From a virus (Duplodnaviria; Caudoviricetes): DNA of 26,662 bases. The notes under the pieces were generated by a model. That model worked only from the letters and a program-made list of their open reading frames with translations. It searched no databases and had not been told where the DNA came from. Shown piece by piece: positions 1-8,699 of the stretch (within the stretch, counting starts at the first letter, position 1; the number at the start of each line of letters is the position of its first letter). The position numbers and the translations under genes were made by a program. The DNA lies in the IMG/VR virus record IMGVR_UViG_3300020043_002012, positions 1 to 26,662 of that record; one strand, given 5' to 3'.

Positions 1-1108
1 GCAAACATTCAATTCCTTCTGAACACTTCATGGCATCAAACCAAGTGCGACTTAACGCCATTCTTGTAGCTTGTATGCCGTCTTGTAATGACAGATTAGG
101 TACGATTTTAAACAAATTTCCACTTTTTAGGGGCAATTTATCGATTAATTGTTCAATTATTGACTTACCACCGCTTGCTAAAGTTTTAGCTCGTGCATCG
201 TGTGGTAGCCAATGTGTGCCATATTCGTATGGTCGTTCTTTAATTTGGTTGGCATAGTAAATGATGGGTTGCCCATGTGCTTCGTGGTAATCCAATACCC
301 GAATCTCGCCATGCACCACCTGAAACCACCAAATAGCCGTGGCATCGTTGTAGCCCAAATCCCATGCTGTATGTACAGGAAACATGGTATCGCACTCGAC
401 TTTGGTAATACGCCCAGCATCGGTCAGCAAACGCATCTTTGTGCCGTATATAGCACCCAATATGGCAGCTTCAAAGCTACATTCAAACTCTTGCTGGTAT
501 TGGTCAACGCTCATAGATTTAAGGGCATCATCTAATTCAGCCTGTGGCAGTATCTTAGTTTGACTGGCTCGCAATACCTTGCTAAACCAGTCGGCTTTAT
601 TAATTTCAGCGTGTTGATATATGTCATAAAAGGCGTTGTGGCCCTTAGGCGTACCAATAAACACGGCCCAGCCCATTCTGTCGGATAGTAAAGGCCTTAG
701 TACCGCACCCCATACGCTAGGCTTCATATCAGCGTATTCGTCTAGAATTACCCCGTCTAGGTACATACCCCTAAGTGCATCAGGATTATCTGCACCAAAT
801 AGACGAATTCTTGACCCGTTGACAAGCTCAACCCACAATTCTGATTGATTATGCTTGCGGTATAAAGGCTGGCTGTAGCGCAACAAATAATCCCAAGCAA
901 TAGACTTGGCTTGGCTATGGTACGGTGCAATATAGGCATATCTTCCATTTGGCTTGTTTTCTAGCCCCGCTTTAATAATCAAATCGTTAATACAGGCTAC
1001 AGTCTTACCTGCCCTGCGGTGGGCAATAACAATAGACCATCGTTGCTTACGCTCATGGAAGTCAGCAAATATAGGTCTAGGGCGGTACTTCAGCTTAATT
1101 TTAGGCAT
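1..1108 (-). CDS. terL: Terminase large subunit (5' part; runs off the left edge)
   Basis: Absent from the ORF track because it is truncated. Manual translation from ATG at 1108 gives MPKIKLKYRPRPIFADFHERKQRWSIVIAHRRAGKTVACIND (Walker A RRAGKT), later GVILDEYADM (Walker B) and FIGTPKG (motif III). The start overlaps the TerS stop. Confidence 0.93.
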   Translation of the reverse strand, partial: MPKIKLKYRPRPIFADFHERKQRWSIVIAHRRAGKTVACINDLIIKAGLENKPNGRYAYIAPYHSQAKSIAWDYLLRYSQPLYRKHNQSELWVELVNGSRIRLFGADNPDALRGMYLDGVILDEYADMKPSVWGAVLRPLLSDRMGWAVFIGTPKGHNAFYDIYQHAEINKADWFSKVLRASQTKILPQAELDDALKSMSVDQYQQEFECSFEAAILGAIYGTKMRLLTDAGRITKVECDTMFPVHTAWDLGYNDATAIWWFQVVHGEIRVLDYHEAHGQPIIYYANQIKERPYEYGTHWLPHDARAKTLASGGKSIIEQLIDKLPLKSGNLFKIVPNLSLQDGIQATRMALSRTWFDAMKCSEGIECL

Positions 1109-1436
1109 CTGCCCAAGAAATCTTTATATCGCCACCATCTTGGCCTGTGACCTCGTTGACTTGGGTTTCTTTCCACCTAGCCCTAGTCTTTAGCCAAAAG
1201 ATAGCGGCAGCCGTATTGCCCTTTTTGGCTTGACTAAACAATGTACCAGCAATAGCGGCATTAGCGTCTATACGCCCTTCGTCTAGTTCATCCTTGTAAT
1301 ACTTGACTAGGGTATCGGCACTAATCTTTAAGCGTGTGGCTATGTCCTCGTGTGGGCAACCCAATGCAGATAAGCGTTTTACCTGTTCTTGGGTGTCTTT
1401 AGTGGGTTTATGTGGGGGTCTGCCTTTTTCTGCCAT
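1101..1436 (-). CDS. terS: Terminase small subunit (HTH)
   Basis: Likely start MAEKGRPPHKP at 1436. HTH-like DIATRLKISADTL, the AAIFWLKTRARW motif typical of TerS, and position directly upstream of TerL. Confidence 0.8.
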   Translation of the reverse strand: MAEKGRPPHKPTKDTQEQVKRLSALGCPHEDIATRLKISADTLVKYYKDELDEGRIDANAAIAGTLFSQAKKGNTAAAIFWLKTRARWKETQVNEVTGQDGGDIKISWADA

Positions 1437-1438
1437 TT

Positions 1439-2665
1439 TTATAACTCCGATAAAACAGCTTGTTTGCCAGTAAAGTCTTCCCAACGCTTAACAATTACAT
1501 CGCAGTATTTAGGGTCTAATTCCATTAGACGGGATTTTCTACCTAGTTTTTCAGCAACAATCATAGTAGTACCAGTTCCACCAAAGTAATCAATAATTGT
1601 GTCTTTTGACTTAGTGCAATTTGAAACAAAATGCTCAGCAACACCTAAAGGAAAAACAGCACCATGAACGGATGCGTCATGTCCGCTAGCTATAGAGTGT
1701 GTAAATACATTACTAAATGTCCCACGACCAAAGGATGCCGATTTAATTGACCTTTTAGGTTGCTCTTCATTGGTTATAAACCACATAAACTCAAATGCTG
1801 AAGTCATTACATTATCTGCCATTGCTGGTGGTGGGTTACTTTTAGCCCAAACAGCAATATCTATAGTTCTTTCTGCATATTCACCAAACAAATGTAATAA
1901 GTCTATTTTGTTACCAGCTAACATTTGCACATTTATGCACGATATTTTTGATGTTGCTAAAGCACAATGTATAAACCCTGTCATTAAATCACGCCAATTT
2001 GTATTGTCGGCATAATCGTTATAAGCAGAATCCAATCCTTTTCTAGCACCATTTCTCAATCCTACTGCATCGCCTAAGTTATATGGTGGACTTGTAAAAC
2101 AAAAATCTGCAATTTCGCCATCCATTAACTTATCTACAGCATCAATACTTGTGCTATCACCGCACATAAGTCTATGATTTCCAAGGATATAAATATCGCC
2201 TAGTTTTGTTTTAGGCTCGATTGGCGTTTCAGGTACGCTATCTTCATCGGTTAGCCCTTCAGTTGTTTCGGGGGCTAATAAAGCGTCTAGTTCTTTATCG
2301 TCAAAGCCAAGTAGCGTCAGGTCAAAGTCTTGGTCTTTTAGTTCTTGTAGCTCTAGCGACAGAAAGTTTGTATCCCACCCAGCGTTTAATGCCAATTTAT
2401 TATCAGCAATCACATAAGCCTTTTTTTGGGCTTCTGTCATGTCTTTTAGCTCAATCGTAGGTACTTTAGCCATACCTAGCTTTCTTGCGGCTAGTAGCCT
2501 ACCATGGCCCGCTATAACGCCTTTATCGCCATCTACCAATATAGGGTTAGTCCACCCAAATTCTTTGATACTGGCGGCAATTTGGGCTACCTGAGCATCA
2601 TCGTGGGTGCGTGAATTTTTGGCATAAGGGATTAGTGCCGATACTTCGACTTCTTTGATTTCCAT
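1439..2665 (-). CDS. ParB/Srx-domain fused DNA amino-methyltransferase (N4C/N6A, beta-type motif order)
   Basis: N-terminal ParB-like region (SIKEFGWTNPILVD, IAGHGRLLAA, ADNKLA). Catalytic motif IV FTSPPY precedes the SAM-binding motif DYFGGTGTT. Confidence 0.9.
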   Translation of the reverse strand: MEIKEVEVSALIPYAKNSRTHDDAQVAQIAASIKEFGWTNPILVDGDKGVIAGHGRLLAARKLGMAKVPTIELKDMTEAQKKAYVIADNKLALNAGWDTNFLSLELQELKDQDFDLTLLGFDDKELDALLAPETTEGLTDEDSVPETPIEPKTKLGDIYILGNHRLMCGDSTSIDAVDKLMDGEIADFCFTSPPYNLGDAVGLRNGARKGLDSAYNDYADNTNWRDLMTGFIHCALATSKISCINVQMLAGNKIDLLHLFGEYAERTIDIAVWAKSNPPPAMADNVMTSAFEFMWFITNEEQPKRSIKSASFGRGTFSNVFTHSIASGHDASVHGAVFPLGVAEHFVSNCTKSKDTIIDYFGGTGTTMIVAEKLGRKSRLMELDPKYCDVIVKRWEDFTGKQAVLSEL

Positions 2666-2718
2666 ACTACCTCAAGTGATTGATTTAGTTAGGGTAAATT
2701 CTAATACTAAAACTAAGT

Positions 2719-2865
2719 TTATGCCATCTGTTTAACAAATTGGTTAAAGTGCTTAGATAGCTCCGCTTTACGCTTCATACGCTTATCTTCGTTCTTTTCT
2801 AGAGTAGTCTGTTTGTGCGGTTGCAACAAAGAGTTCTCAGGTTTAATCTTTTCTTTTTTAAACAT
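2719..2865 (-). CDS. Small Lys-rich hypothetical protein (48 aa)
   Basis: Manual ORF MFKKEKIKPENSLLQPHKQTTLEKNEDKRMKRKAELSKHFNQFVKQMA; TAATG coupling with the upstream stop. Confidence 0.65.
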   Translation of the reverse strand: MFKKEKIKPENSLLQPHKQTTLEKNEDKRMKRKAELSKHFNQFVKQMA

Positions 2866-3047
2866 TACATATCCTTCATAGCGTCAGCAATCATTTGTCT
2901 GCGGGGTTTTTTGGCGGTCTTAGCCGATTCTTTAAAGTCTTTAGCGGTGGGTCTGCCTTCTTCGCCAGCTTTCTTCATCCGCTCACCTGAACCCGCAGCT
3001 ATCCTAGCCCTTTTGGCGTGAATTGCAGCATATAGACCATGTTTCAT
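2865..3047 (-). CDS. Small basic phage protein
   Basis: GLYAAIHAKRARIAAGSGERM resembles a recurrent small phage protein; ATGA overlap with the upstream gene. Confidence 0.75.
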   Translation of the reverse strand: MKHGLYAAIHAKRARIAAGSGERMKKAGEEGRPTAKDFKESAKTAKKPRRQMIADAMKDM

Positions 3048-3229
3048 GCTTTGCTTTCAATGTATTTGCCGTAGGCTTCTTCTAGCTTATTCTTGCGGTT
3101 GCCTTTGGCGTACTTACGCTCAGTAGCAAGAGCAATAGCTACGGCTTGTTTCTTTGGTTTGCCAGCTTTCATTTCGGTCTTGATGTTTTTGCCTACCGCT
3201 TCTTTGCTACCTGATTTGACTAATGGCAT
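3044..3229 (-). CDS. Small basic phage protein
   Basis: MPLVKSGSKEAVGKNIKTEMKAGKPKKQAVAIAL resembles a recurrent phage family; AAGGA RBS. Confidence 0.78.
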   Translation of the reverse strand: MPLVKSGSKEAVGKNIKTEMKAGKPKKQAVAIALATERKYAKGNRKNKLEEAYGKYIESKA

Positions 3230-3240
3230 GATTTATCCTT

Positions 3241-3597
3241 TTATTTCAAAAACTTAAGTTTATAAGTTGTGGTGTTAATCAGGTCTGCAATCTCATCAAT
3301 AATGTTCTGTAGTTCGCTATCTTGCGGTAAATCTTGGCGGGCTTCTTTAACAAAGTTCTGTAAAGATTCCATGTAGCGTAAAGGGTCTTTAGGTTGGTGG
3401 TACACATTTGGAAATGCGGTGAACTTACCATAGATACCAGCGTGGGATTCAGCAAAGCTGTCAGTTAAATCTACAATAGCTTCGTAGTATTTTTGCAACG
3501 CTTTGTGGCGTGAGTAGGAATCCGTTGTGAAATGGAAGAAATGCGTATTAGTCGCAGAATGTAGCAATGTAGCTACGAATAATGCACAATTTTCCAT
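3241..3597 (-). CDS. Ferritin/Dps-like four-helix protein (DUF5856-like)
   Basis: HFFH...HKALQKYYE...DSFAE pattern resembling Dps ferroxidase ligands; C-terminal TTYKLKFL; strong AAGGAG RBS. Confidence 0.75.
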   Translation of the reverse strand: MENCALFVATLLHSATNTHFFHFTTDSYSRHKALQKYYEAIVDLTDSFAESHAGIYGKFTAFPNVYHQPKDPLRYMESLQNFVKEARQDLPQDSELQNIIDEIADLINTTTYKLKFLK

Positions 3598-3624
3598 AGA
3601 ATCTCCTTTACATACCCAATTATA

Positions 3625-4305
3625 TTAGGTTTTTTGCAAAATCCATACACTCCAATAAGGGTAGGCATTAAAAAAGTTATCGTCTTTATCCTCTGTCGGT
3701 TTGTATTTAGACCTAACAAATTTGTTATATGCCTCGACATCAAACATAAATCCATGCTTTTGGAATAGCCTGTACCAGTATTCAATGGGCTGAATATTGC
3801 AATGTGTAGGGTCGCCCATATACATTTCTTTGGTTTCCCCATCCTTTACGGCATCTAGACAAATAAACAAACGCCCTGATTTCTTGATAATTCTTGAAAA
3901 TTCTTGAAGAATGGCATCCATTTGTTCTTCGGGGATATGTTCTAAGACTTGTGCGGTATGCACCAAATCAACGCTTTCAGTTAGGGCGGGGGTGTCGGCA
4001 ATAGACCCACAAATCAGTTCATTGGGGTAATACCCAAAATGGGTGCGACCATACTCAATCATGGCATTGTTTAAATCTACCCCTAAAACACGCATATTGA
4101 GCTTTTGAAAGCCTTTTAGGATAGAACCACACGCACACCCAGCATCTACTACAAACCCGTCTGTGGGCGTTTTACAGGCTTTTGTGACCATTTTGGCGTA
4201 TTCTTCTTGCCAATAGCCATGCCCAAGATAATCTAAACCAGCGTCTTTATGCTCGTCATAGTAGTCTTGGGTGTATTTAGTAACCTTAAGATTCTGTATT
4301 AACAC
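3625..4305 (-). CDS. Class I SAM-dependent methyltransferase, substrate unknown
   Basis: VVDAGCACG (motif I), GVDL, VDLVHTAQVLEH and RIIKKSG motifs. Start codon uncertain. Confidence 0.85.
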   Translation of the reverse strand: MLIQNLKVTKYTQDYYDEHKDAGLDYLGHGYWQEEYAKMVTKACKTPTDGFVVDAGCACGSILKGFQKLNMRVLGVDLNNAMIEYGRTHFGYYPNELICGSIADTPALTESVDLVHTAQVLEHIPEEQMDAILQEFSRIIKKSGRLFICLDAVKDGETKEMYMGDPTHCNIQPIEYWYRLFQKHGFMFDVEAYNKFVRSKYKPTEDKDDNFFNAYPYWSVWILQKT

Positions 4306-4579
4306 GAATCAGTCCTATGGCTCTAAGTGCAGCTTCAGGGCTATCAACTCGGCTTAATGGCCCACCCTTCCAGTTGGCTATAAATTTAAGTTGGTCTGCG
4401 GTGAACTTGGCTTTAGCGTCACGCTTAACTTCCATCAAGATGGTTTCTCCGTTAAAGCACACCATTAAGTCAGGTATTCCTTTACCTACCATTGATAGAA
4501 TATAAACATCAGCACCCGCATTTCTTAGGGTTTTTACTATTTCTGTTTGATTTTCATCGGTTCTTTTAGCGTATGCCAT
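4286..4579 (-). CDS. VRR-NUC-like PD-(D/E)XK nuclease / possible Holliday junction resolvase
   Basis: GIPDL...LMEVK...TADQ..F pattern. Confidence 0.8.
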   Translation of the reverse strand: MAYAKRTDENQTEIVKTLRNAGADVYILSMVGKGIPDLMVCFNGETILMEVKRDAKAKFTADQLKFIANWKGGPLSRVDSPEAALRAIGLIRVNTES

Positions 4580-4635
4580 TGTTTTTTAACAGTAATCGGT
4601 TAATATATGCTAACTTTACCATCTAAAGGTATGTT

Positions 4636-5595
4636 ATGGCACGAAAAGCGTGTAGTGATGAGGAGTTTATAGCTCTTTGGAAAGAACATCAATCCCCTGA
4701 CAAAATTGGCAAGATTATAGGTCTTAGCACTCGCAATACATTAAAAAGACGCAGAACCATAGAACACGAATATGACATAGTTTTAGATGCTTTAAAACCT
4801 AATGGGATGCCTAAGATTTACATTCCCGATGAGCAAATGCAAGCAAATGTCACCATTGAAAATGGCGTTATCTTGGTTGGGTCGGATTGCCACTATAACC
4901 CGCAATATGTAACTACAGCCCACCGAGGGTTTATTGAGTTTGTAAAGTATCTAAAACCAAAGATTGTGATTCTTAATGGCGATATTGCCGACTTCGCTAG
5001 TATTTCAGCCCATCATCGCATTGGTTGGCAAAAAGGCCCGACAGTCAAAGAAGAACTAGACGAAATACAAGAACGACTTGGGGATATAGAGCGAGTACGA
5101 CCAGCAGGTTGTAAGCTAATGATTACGATTGGAAACCACGATTTACGCTTTTCAGGCAAGCTATCCAATGTTTTACCCCAATACGAGGGCATCAAAGGTT
5201 TTGATATTGCAGACCATACACCTCATTGGAAGTGGTATTGGGCAATTATGGTCAATCAAACTTGCATGATTAAGCATCGGTGGCATAACGGCATCCATGC
5301 GGTCTATAACAACACGATTAAATCAGGCACTAGCTTTGTTACAGGGCATTTACATTCTCTTAAAATTACGCCTTGGACTGACTATACGGGCACTAGGTAC
5401 GGAGTAGATACTGGCACTATGGCTTGTATTAAAGACAGCCAGTTCGCCTATACTGAACAAAATCCAGTCAACTGGCGGGCAGGTTTTGCAGTATTGACCT
5501 TTATTAACGGCAAAATGATGCCACCTGAACTTGCAGAAGTTATTAATGAGGATGAGGGTTTAATTTATTTTCGGGGTCAGTTGTTAAAAGTATGA
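4636..5595 (+). CDS. Calcineurin-like metallophosphoesterase with N-terminal HTH-like segment
   Basis: SDCH, NGDIAD, GNHD, KH and GHLH metallophosphoesterase motifs. Confidence 0.88.
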   Translation: MARKACSDEEFIALWKEHQSPDKIGKIIGLSTRNTLKRRRTIEHEYDIVLDALKPNGMPKIYIPDEQMQANVTIENGVILVGSDCHYNPQYVTTAHRGFIEFVKYLKPKIVILNGDIADFASISAHHRIGWQKGPTVKEELDEIQERLGDIERVRPAGCKLMITIGNHDLRFSGKLSNVLPQYEGIKGFDIADHTPHWKWYWAIMVNQTCMIKHRWHNGIHAVYNNTIKSGTSFVTGHLHSLKITPWTDYTGTRYGVDTGTMACIKDSQFAYTEQNPVNWRAGFAVLTFINGKMMPPELAEVINEDEGLIYFRGQLLKV

Positions 5596-5945
5596 AGCTC
5601 ACACCTAAGATTATTGAAAACATCTATGCCATGCTGTATTGTTGCGAGCCGTTTGCGTCTTGGGACTTACCTTTACCTGAAGAATGTAAGTTTATAGTCG
5701 ATAGCGACTTTGATGCTATGGGTACTTACCTTTACGATGATGGAGAAAAGCACGCCCATACCATTACTATATCTGACGCTCGGTGTGGTCATTTAGATAC
5801 TGTTATTCGAACTATGGCCCATGAGATGATTCATGCTAGTCGGTGGAATACAAGCACCCAAGCGTGGACTAATCACGACAAAACCTTTAGAAATAGGGCT
5901 AAAGCTGTAGCTACAGAATTAGGCTTTGACCCACTAGAGTTGTAG
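5592..5945 (+). CDS. SprT-like zinc metalloprotease domain protein
   Basis: HEMIH (HExxH) plus downstream HDKTF; ATGA overlap with the phosphoesterase. Confidence 0.78.
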   Translation: MKLTPKIIENIYAMLYCCEPFASWDLPLPEECKFIVDSDFDAMGTYLYDDGEKHAHTITISDARCGHLDTVIRTMAHEMIHASRWNTSTQAWTNHDKTFRNRAKAVATELGFDPLEL

Positions 5946-6206
5946 CCTAGCCTTGACTATACCTAGTAAGGTATCGAACTCAACTTCGTGGTATCTCTCG
6001 AAAGCCTTTGCTCCGAGTCCATGCACACCTGTAGCACCTCGGTGATGCTCGGTACATAAGGGGAGTATTGGTGCTTCTGACCGCTTTCCACCGAATCGTC
6101 TGACATGGTGAAGCTCTGCGGGGGTGTCATGGTAGCCCAAGTGGTAGCATAAGACGCAACCAAGTCTTGCAATATCGTCATTTTTTTTTCTTTCTTTTTT
6201 ATTCAT
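5934..6206 (-). CDS. Ref-like (recombination enhancement) HNH-type Zn nuclease
   Basis: GCVLC...AELHH...LPLCTEHH; likely start MNKKERKK at 6206. Confidence 0.75.
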   Translation of the reverse strand: MNKKERKKNDDIARLGCVLCYHLGYHDTPAELHHVRRFGGKRSEAPILPLCTEHHRGATGVHGLGAKAFERYHEVEFDTLLGIVKARLQL

Positions 6207-6576
6207 TGGCGTATTCGTACCACATTGTATAAAAGGCTTTAAAGTCATCAACCCCTGTGCCGAGTTTAACGCATGACCCGTAGGATTGGACTTGCCAGTA
6301 GTCTTGAATAACTAACCCGTCATCTGTGTTGCCTTGCACAATAACGACTGTAAAGTTAGGCGTTTTAGCAAAGGCTTGCAATAATCTGCGTTGGCCTTCG
6401 CTAACCTTTTCATTGGGGCGTTTCCACTCCATCACCAAAAACTTGCCTTTACGCTCTGCAATCCCATCTATGTTACTGGGGCAAAAATGTGGGTTTGTAG
6501 GCAATAGCCCTAAGAACGCACCATAGTCAATATGCGATGCAAAAGCGTTACGCATTATTTTATTGAATGTTTGCAT
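6199..6576 (-). CDS. PD-(D/E)XK-fold nuclease-like protein
   Basis: NIDG...LVMEWK...SEGQ pattern. Start at 6576 or 6555. Confidence 0.65.
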   Translation of the reverse strand: MQTFNKIMRNAFASHIDYGAFLGLLPTNPHFCPSNIDGIAERKGKFLVMEWKRPNEKVSEGQRRLLQAFAKTPNFTVVIVQGNTDDGLVIQDYWQVQSYGSCVKLGTGVDDFKAFYTMWYEYANE

Positions 6577-6727
6577 TGTTTTGCAGTACATCCTCTAGTT
6601 CTTGGGCTAAATCGGTTACATCACAGCTTTTTAAATAGGCTTCAGTTGCCTGATTTTTTAGGCAAAATTCATGCACTTTTTTAATGGCTTGGTTAATTTC
6701 TAGCATTACTTCAGCGTAATCTCTCAT
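6560..6727 (-). CDS. Hypothetical protein (55 aa)
   Basis: Manual ORF MRDYAEVMLEINQAIKKVHEFCLKNQATEAYLKSCDVTDLAQELEDVLQNNANIQ; ATGA overlap; fills the gap in the operon. Confidence 0.7.
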   Translation of the reverse strand: MRDYAEVMLEINQAIKKVHEFCLKNQATEAYLKSCDVTDLAQELEDVLQNNANIQ

Positions 6728-7053
6728 CGGGTCAACCTTTCTATATTTCTGTCGTTAGCTTGTTGGGTACGCCATGCTTCGAAACGCATCTTGGCGGCTT
6801 CTAATTGCCATCTAAGGGCTTCTTTTTGCTCTACCGCTAACCCTATGGCTTTGCATAGGTCTTGATACTCTTGACTGCGGTAGGCTTCTCGTTCTTGAGC
6901 ACCAAGGCTTTGTTCGTCAGTTTGCGACATCTTAATGGCTTTAAGACTGTGCCTAAAGTTCTCAAGCTGAGCTAGTTCACCGCTTGCTTTAGCGTATTGC
7001 GGTGCTGTTTTAAATATAAAATCTATTGCTTCGTGTGGGTCATACTCTTTCAT
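6724..7053 (-). CDS. Helical/coiled-coil phage hypothetical protein
   Basis: Start MKEYD at 7053 with GGGGGG RBS; coupled to neighbours. Confidence 0.75.
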   Translation of the reverse strand: MKEYDPHEAIDFIFKTAPQYAKASGELAQLENFRHSLKAIKMSQTDEQSLGAQEREAYRSQEYQDLCKAIGLAVEQKEALRWQLEAAKMRFEAWRTQQANDRNIERLTR

Positions 7054-7247
7054 TTCCACTCCCCCCAGTTACCTTTGTTACCTTTTTTCCATTGGTCTGC
7101 AAAGCCTATTAGTAAATTACTATCAAGTTGGTATTTTGATAAATATTCTCTAAACTTTGCTAACCCCCATTGACTACGCCACTTGCATAACTGCCGTACT
7201 GCACATTGATGTTTGTATTCAAGCGAATAATAACTGTTGTGATTCAA
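7050..7247 (-). CDS. Hypothetical protein, Trp-rich C-terminus
   Basis: ORF in operon (HQCAVRQL...DQWKKGNKG); start uncertain. Confidence 0.65.
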   Translation of the reverse strand: MNHNSYYSLEYKHQCAVRQLCKWRSQWGLAKFREYLSKYQLDSNLLIGFADQWKKGNKGNWGEWK

Positions 7248-7830
7248 CTACGCCACCTGAGTCATATTTTTTTGTATCTCCTTTTGGGTAAGGCAAAACT
7301 TCATATTTTAATAAATTACGCATTAATTTTTTCTGTTTTTTATCGCCATGAAAATATACATATCTGTTTTTTGAGCTTCTGAACACACGAATTGATGGGT
7401 CTTTATTGTGCCTAGAATGTTTGCCATCACGCCCACCCATGTCAGTTCTTTCTTTGGTTGACCCTGTATATAAAAAATTAGTAGCTTGATATACATAACC
7501 AACATGACCTTGTGCTTGGTCTGCATAACTTACAACAATCGTTGGTTTTGGCAACAATTTAATAGAATTAGATACAAGAAAACTAGATTGGTTTTTGGTG
7601 TTATCTTGCAAACATAGGCGGTTTAACTCTAAAACCTTATCTGACCATTCCTTACCACAGATACCCATACACAATGATGGACTAGCTGGTATGCCGTAAG
7701 TTATCACTCCAACAAGCGTAGATTCTTCGTATAAGCCAAAAGCATACATAATTTGTGGTATTCTTTTAGCGTAATGTTTTTGCAATAGCCAAGGATATGT
7801 TTCTTCTGATTTAATGGGCAAAATTATCAA
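7219..7830 (-). CDS. Mom-like GNAT-fold DNA (adenine) modification enzyme
   Basis: HY...FGL...GVITYG, ELNRL, SYAD..QGHVGYVYQATNFLYTG resemble the phage Mu Mom family. Likely TTG start at 7830 overlapping the upstream TGA. Confidence 0.75.
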   Translation of the reverse strand: MIILPIKSEETYPWLLQKHYAKRIPQIMYAFGLYEESTLVGVITYGIPASPSLCMGICGKEWSDKVLELNRLCLQDNTKNQSSFLVSNSIKLLPKPTIVVSYADQAQGHVGYVYQATNFLYTGSTKERTDMGGRDGKHSRHNKDPSIRVFRSSKNRYVYFHGDKKQKKLMRNLLKYEVLPYPKGDTKKYDSGGVVESQQLLFA

Positions 7831-8201
7831 TCTATTTCCATCCCCATTCGCATCATACATTTTTTCTTTAAAGTATCGTAGCTGTCGTACCCGTTACCCA
7901 GTATTCCTAGTTCACGAGCTTTGTTCTCAATACCTTGTTGGCTAAACATCCAAGACCTATCCACCTTTTCTTTGGCGGGGGTCATGTCTAAAACATCTTC
8001 CCATCGTGCAGCGTTTATCCAACTCGCAGGGTACGGGATGTAGTCTATTTCGGTTCGTTTAAGTTGCCAATGTCTAAGGTGTTTAGGCAAGGCTTCTAAG
8101 GCTTCACGCTTTTCAAGGTCAGTCAATCGTTTCCAAGCAATCTCAGCTTTTTTCTTGGCGACCTTTTTGGGCCAATTCATCCAAAACTTTTCAAAATCCA
8201 C
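7827..8201 (-). CDS. Short replication-initiator-like protein (resembles the C-terminal domain of phage replisome organisers)
   Basis: FEKFW..WPKKVAKKKAEIAWKRL...YIPYPASWINAARWED; GTG start with AGGGGGA RBS. Confidence 0.65.
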   Translation of the reverse strand: MDFEKFWMNWPKKVAKKKAEIAWKRLTDLEKREALEALPKHLRHWQLKRTEIDYIPYPASWINAARWEDVLDMTPAKEKVDRSWMFSQQGIENKARELGILGNGYDSYDTLKKKCMMRMGMEID

Positions 8202-8210
8202 ACTATCCCC

Positions 8211-8357
8211 CTATTTTGTTGCAAGTATATAAAGTCCAACATTACTAAATGCGTAACCGCTATATACAACCGCCATAGCTGTATTACCTTTAAAGCCTTG
8301 TTCAGCAGCTATGTAAAAATAAATTAAACCAGTAACAATGATTAGCCAAGAACTCAA
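8211..8357 (-). CDS. Small membrane protein (48 aa, two hydrophobic segments)
   Basis: Manual ORF (TTG) MSSWLIIVTGLIYFYIAAEQGFKGNTAMAVVYSGYAFSNVGLYILATK; TTGA overlap. Confidence 0.65.
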   Translation of the reverse strand: MSSWLIIVTGLIYFYIAAEQGFKGNTAMAVVYSGYAFSNVGLYILATK

Positions 8358-8542
8358 AATGGTGCATCCTCAAATTTAGGCTTATCAGCCTTAACATACT
8401 GGTAAGTCCAATCGGTATAGGTTTTAATTAAATGCTCGGCTTCATGCTTAGTCTTTACTGTACGCATTAATTCACCATGCTCATCATAAATTTTGTAATG
8501 GCTATAAGCGTTTATGCGGTCATCGGTAGTAAAGGTAGTCAT
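8354..8542 (-). CDS. Hypothetical protein (62 aa)
   Basis: GGGGGATTT-ATG RBS; ends in EDAPF. Confidence 0.75.
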   Translation of the reverse strand: MTTFTTDDRINAYSHYKIYDEHGELMRTVKTKHEAEHLIKTYTDWTYQYVKADKPKFEDAPF

Positions 8543-8565
8543 AAATCCCCCGTAAAGACTGTAGG

Positions 8566-8579
8566 TTAAGTTTACTTAA
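8566..8579. promoter_or_regulatory. Palindromic operator copy 1 (TTAAGTTTACTTAA)
   Basis: One of four TTAA-N6-TTAA copies, all upstream of operon starts. Confidence 0.65.
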
Positions 8580-8699
8580 TAATAAGGTATATAGGGATAA
8601 ACCCTTATAACTCATAAGTATTACATTAACGCCTATAAAGTAACCTATAAGTTACATTATGTTGGTATATATAATTTACATATAACTTTTTGTATTAAA

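Noticed and set aside
30-1193. Several short ORFs on both strands
   Set aside because: Shadow frames of the truncated terminase large subunit.
6181-6200. Long T-tract as a terminator or slippage site
   Set aside because: It encodes the Lys-rich N-terminus (NKKERKKN) of the Ref-like gene in an intact frame and has no preceding hairpin.
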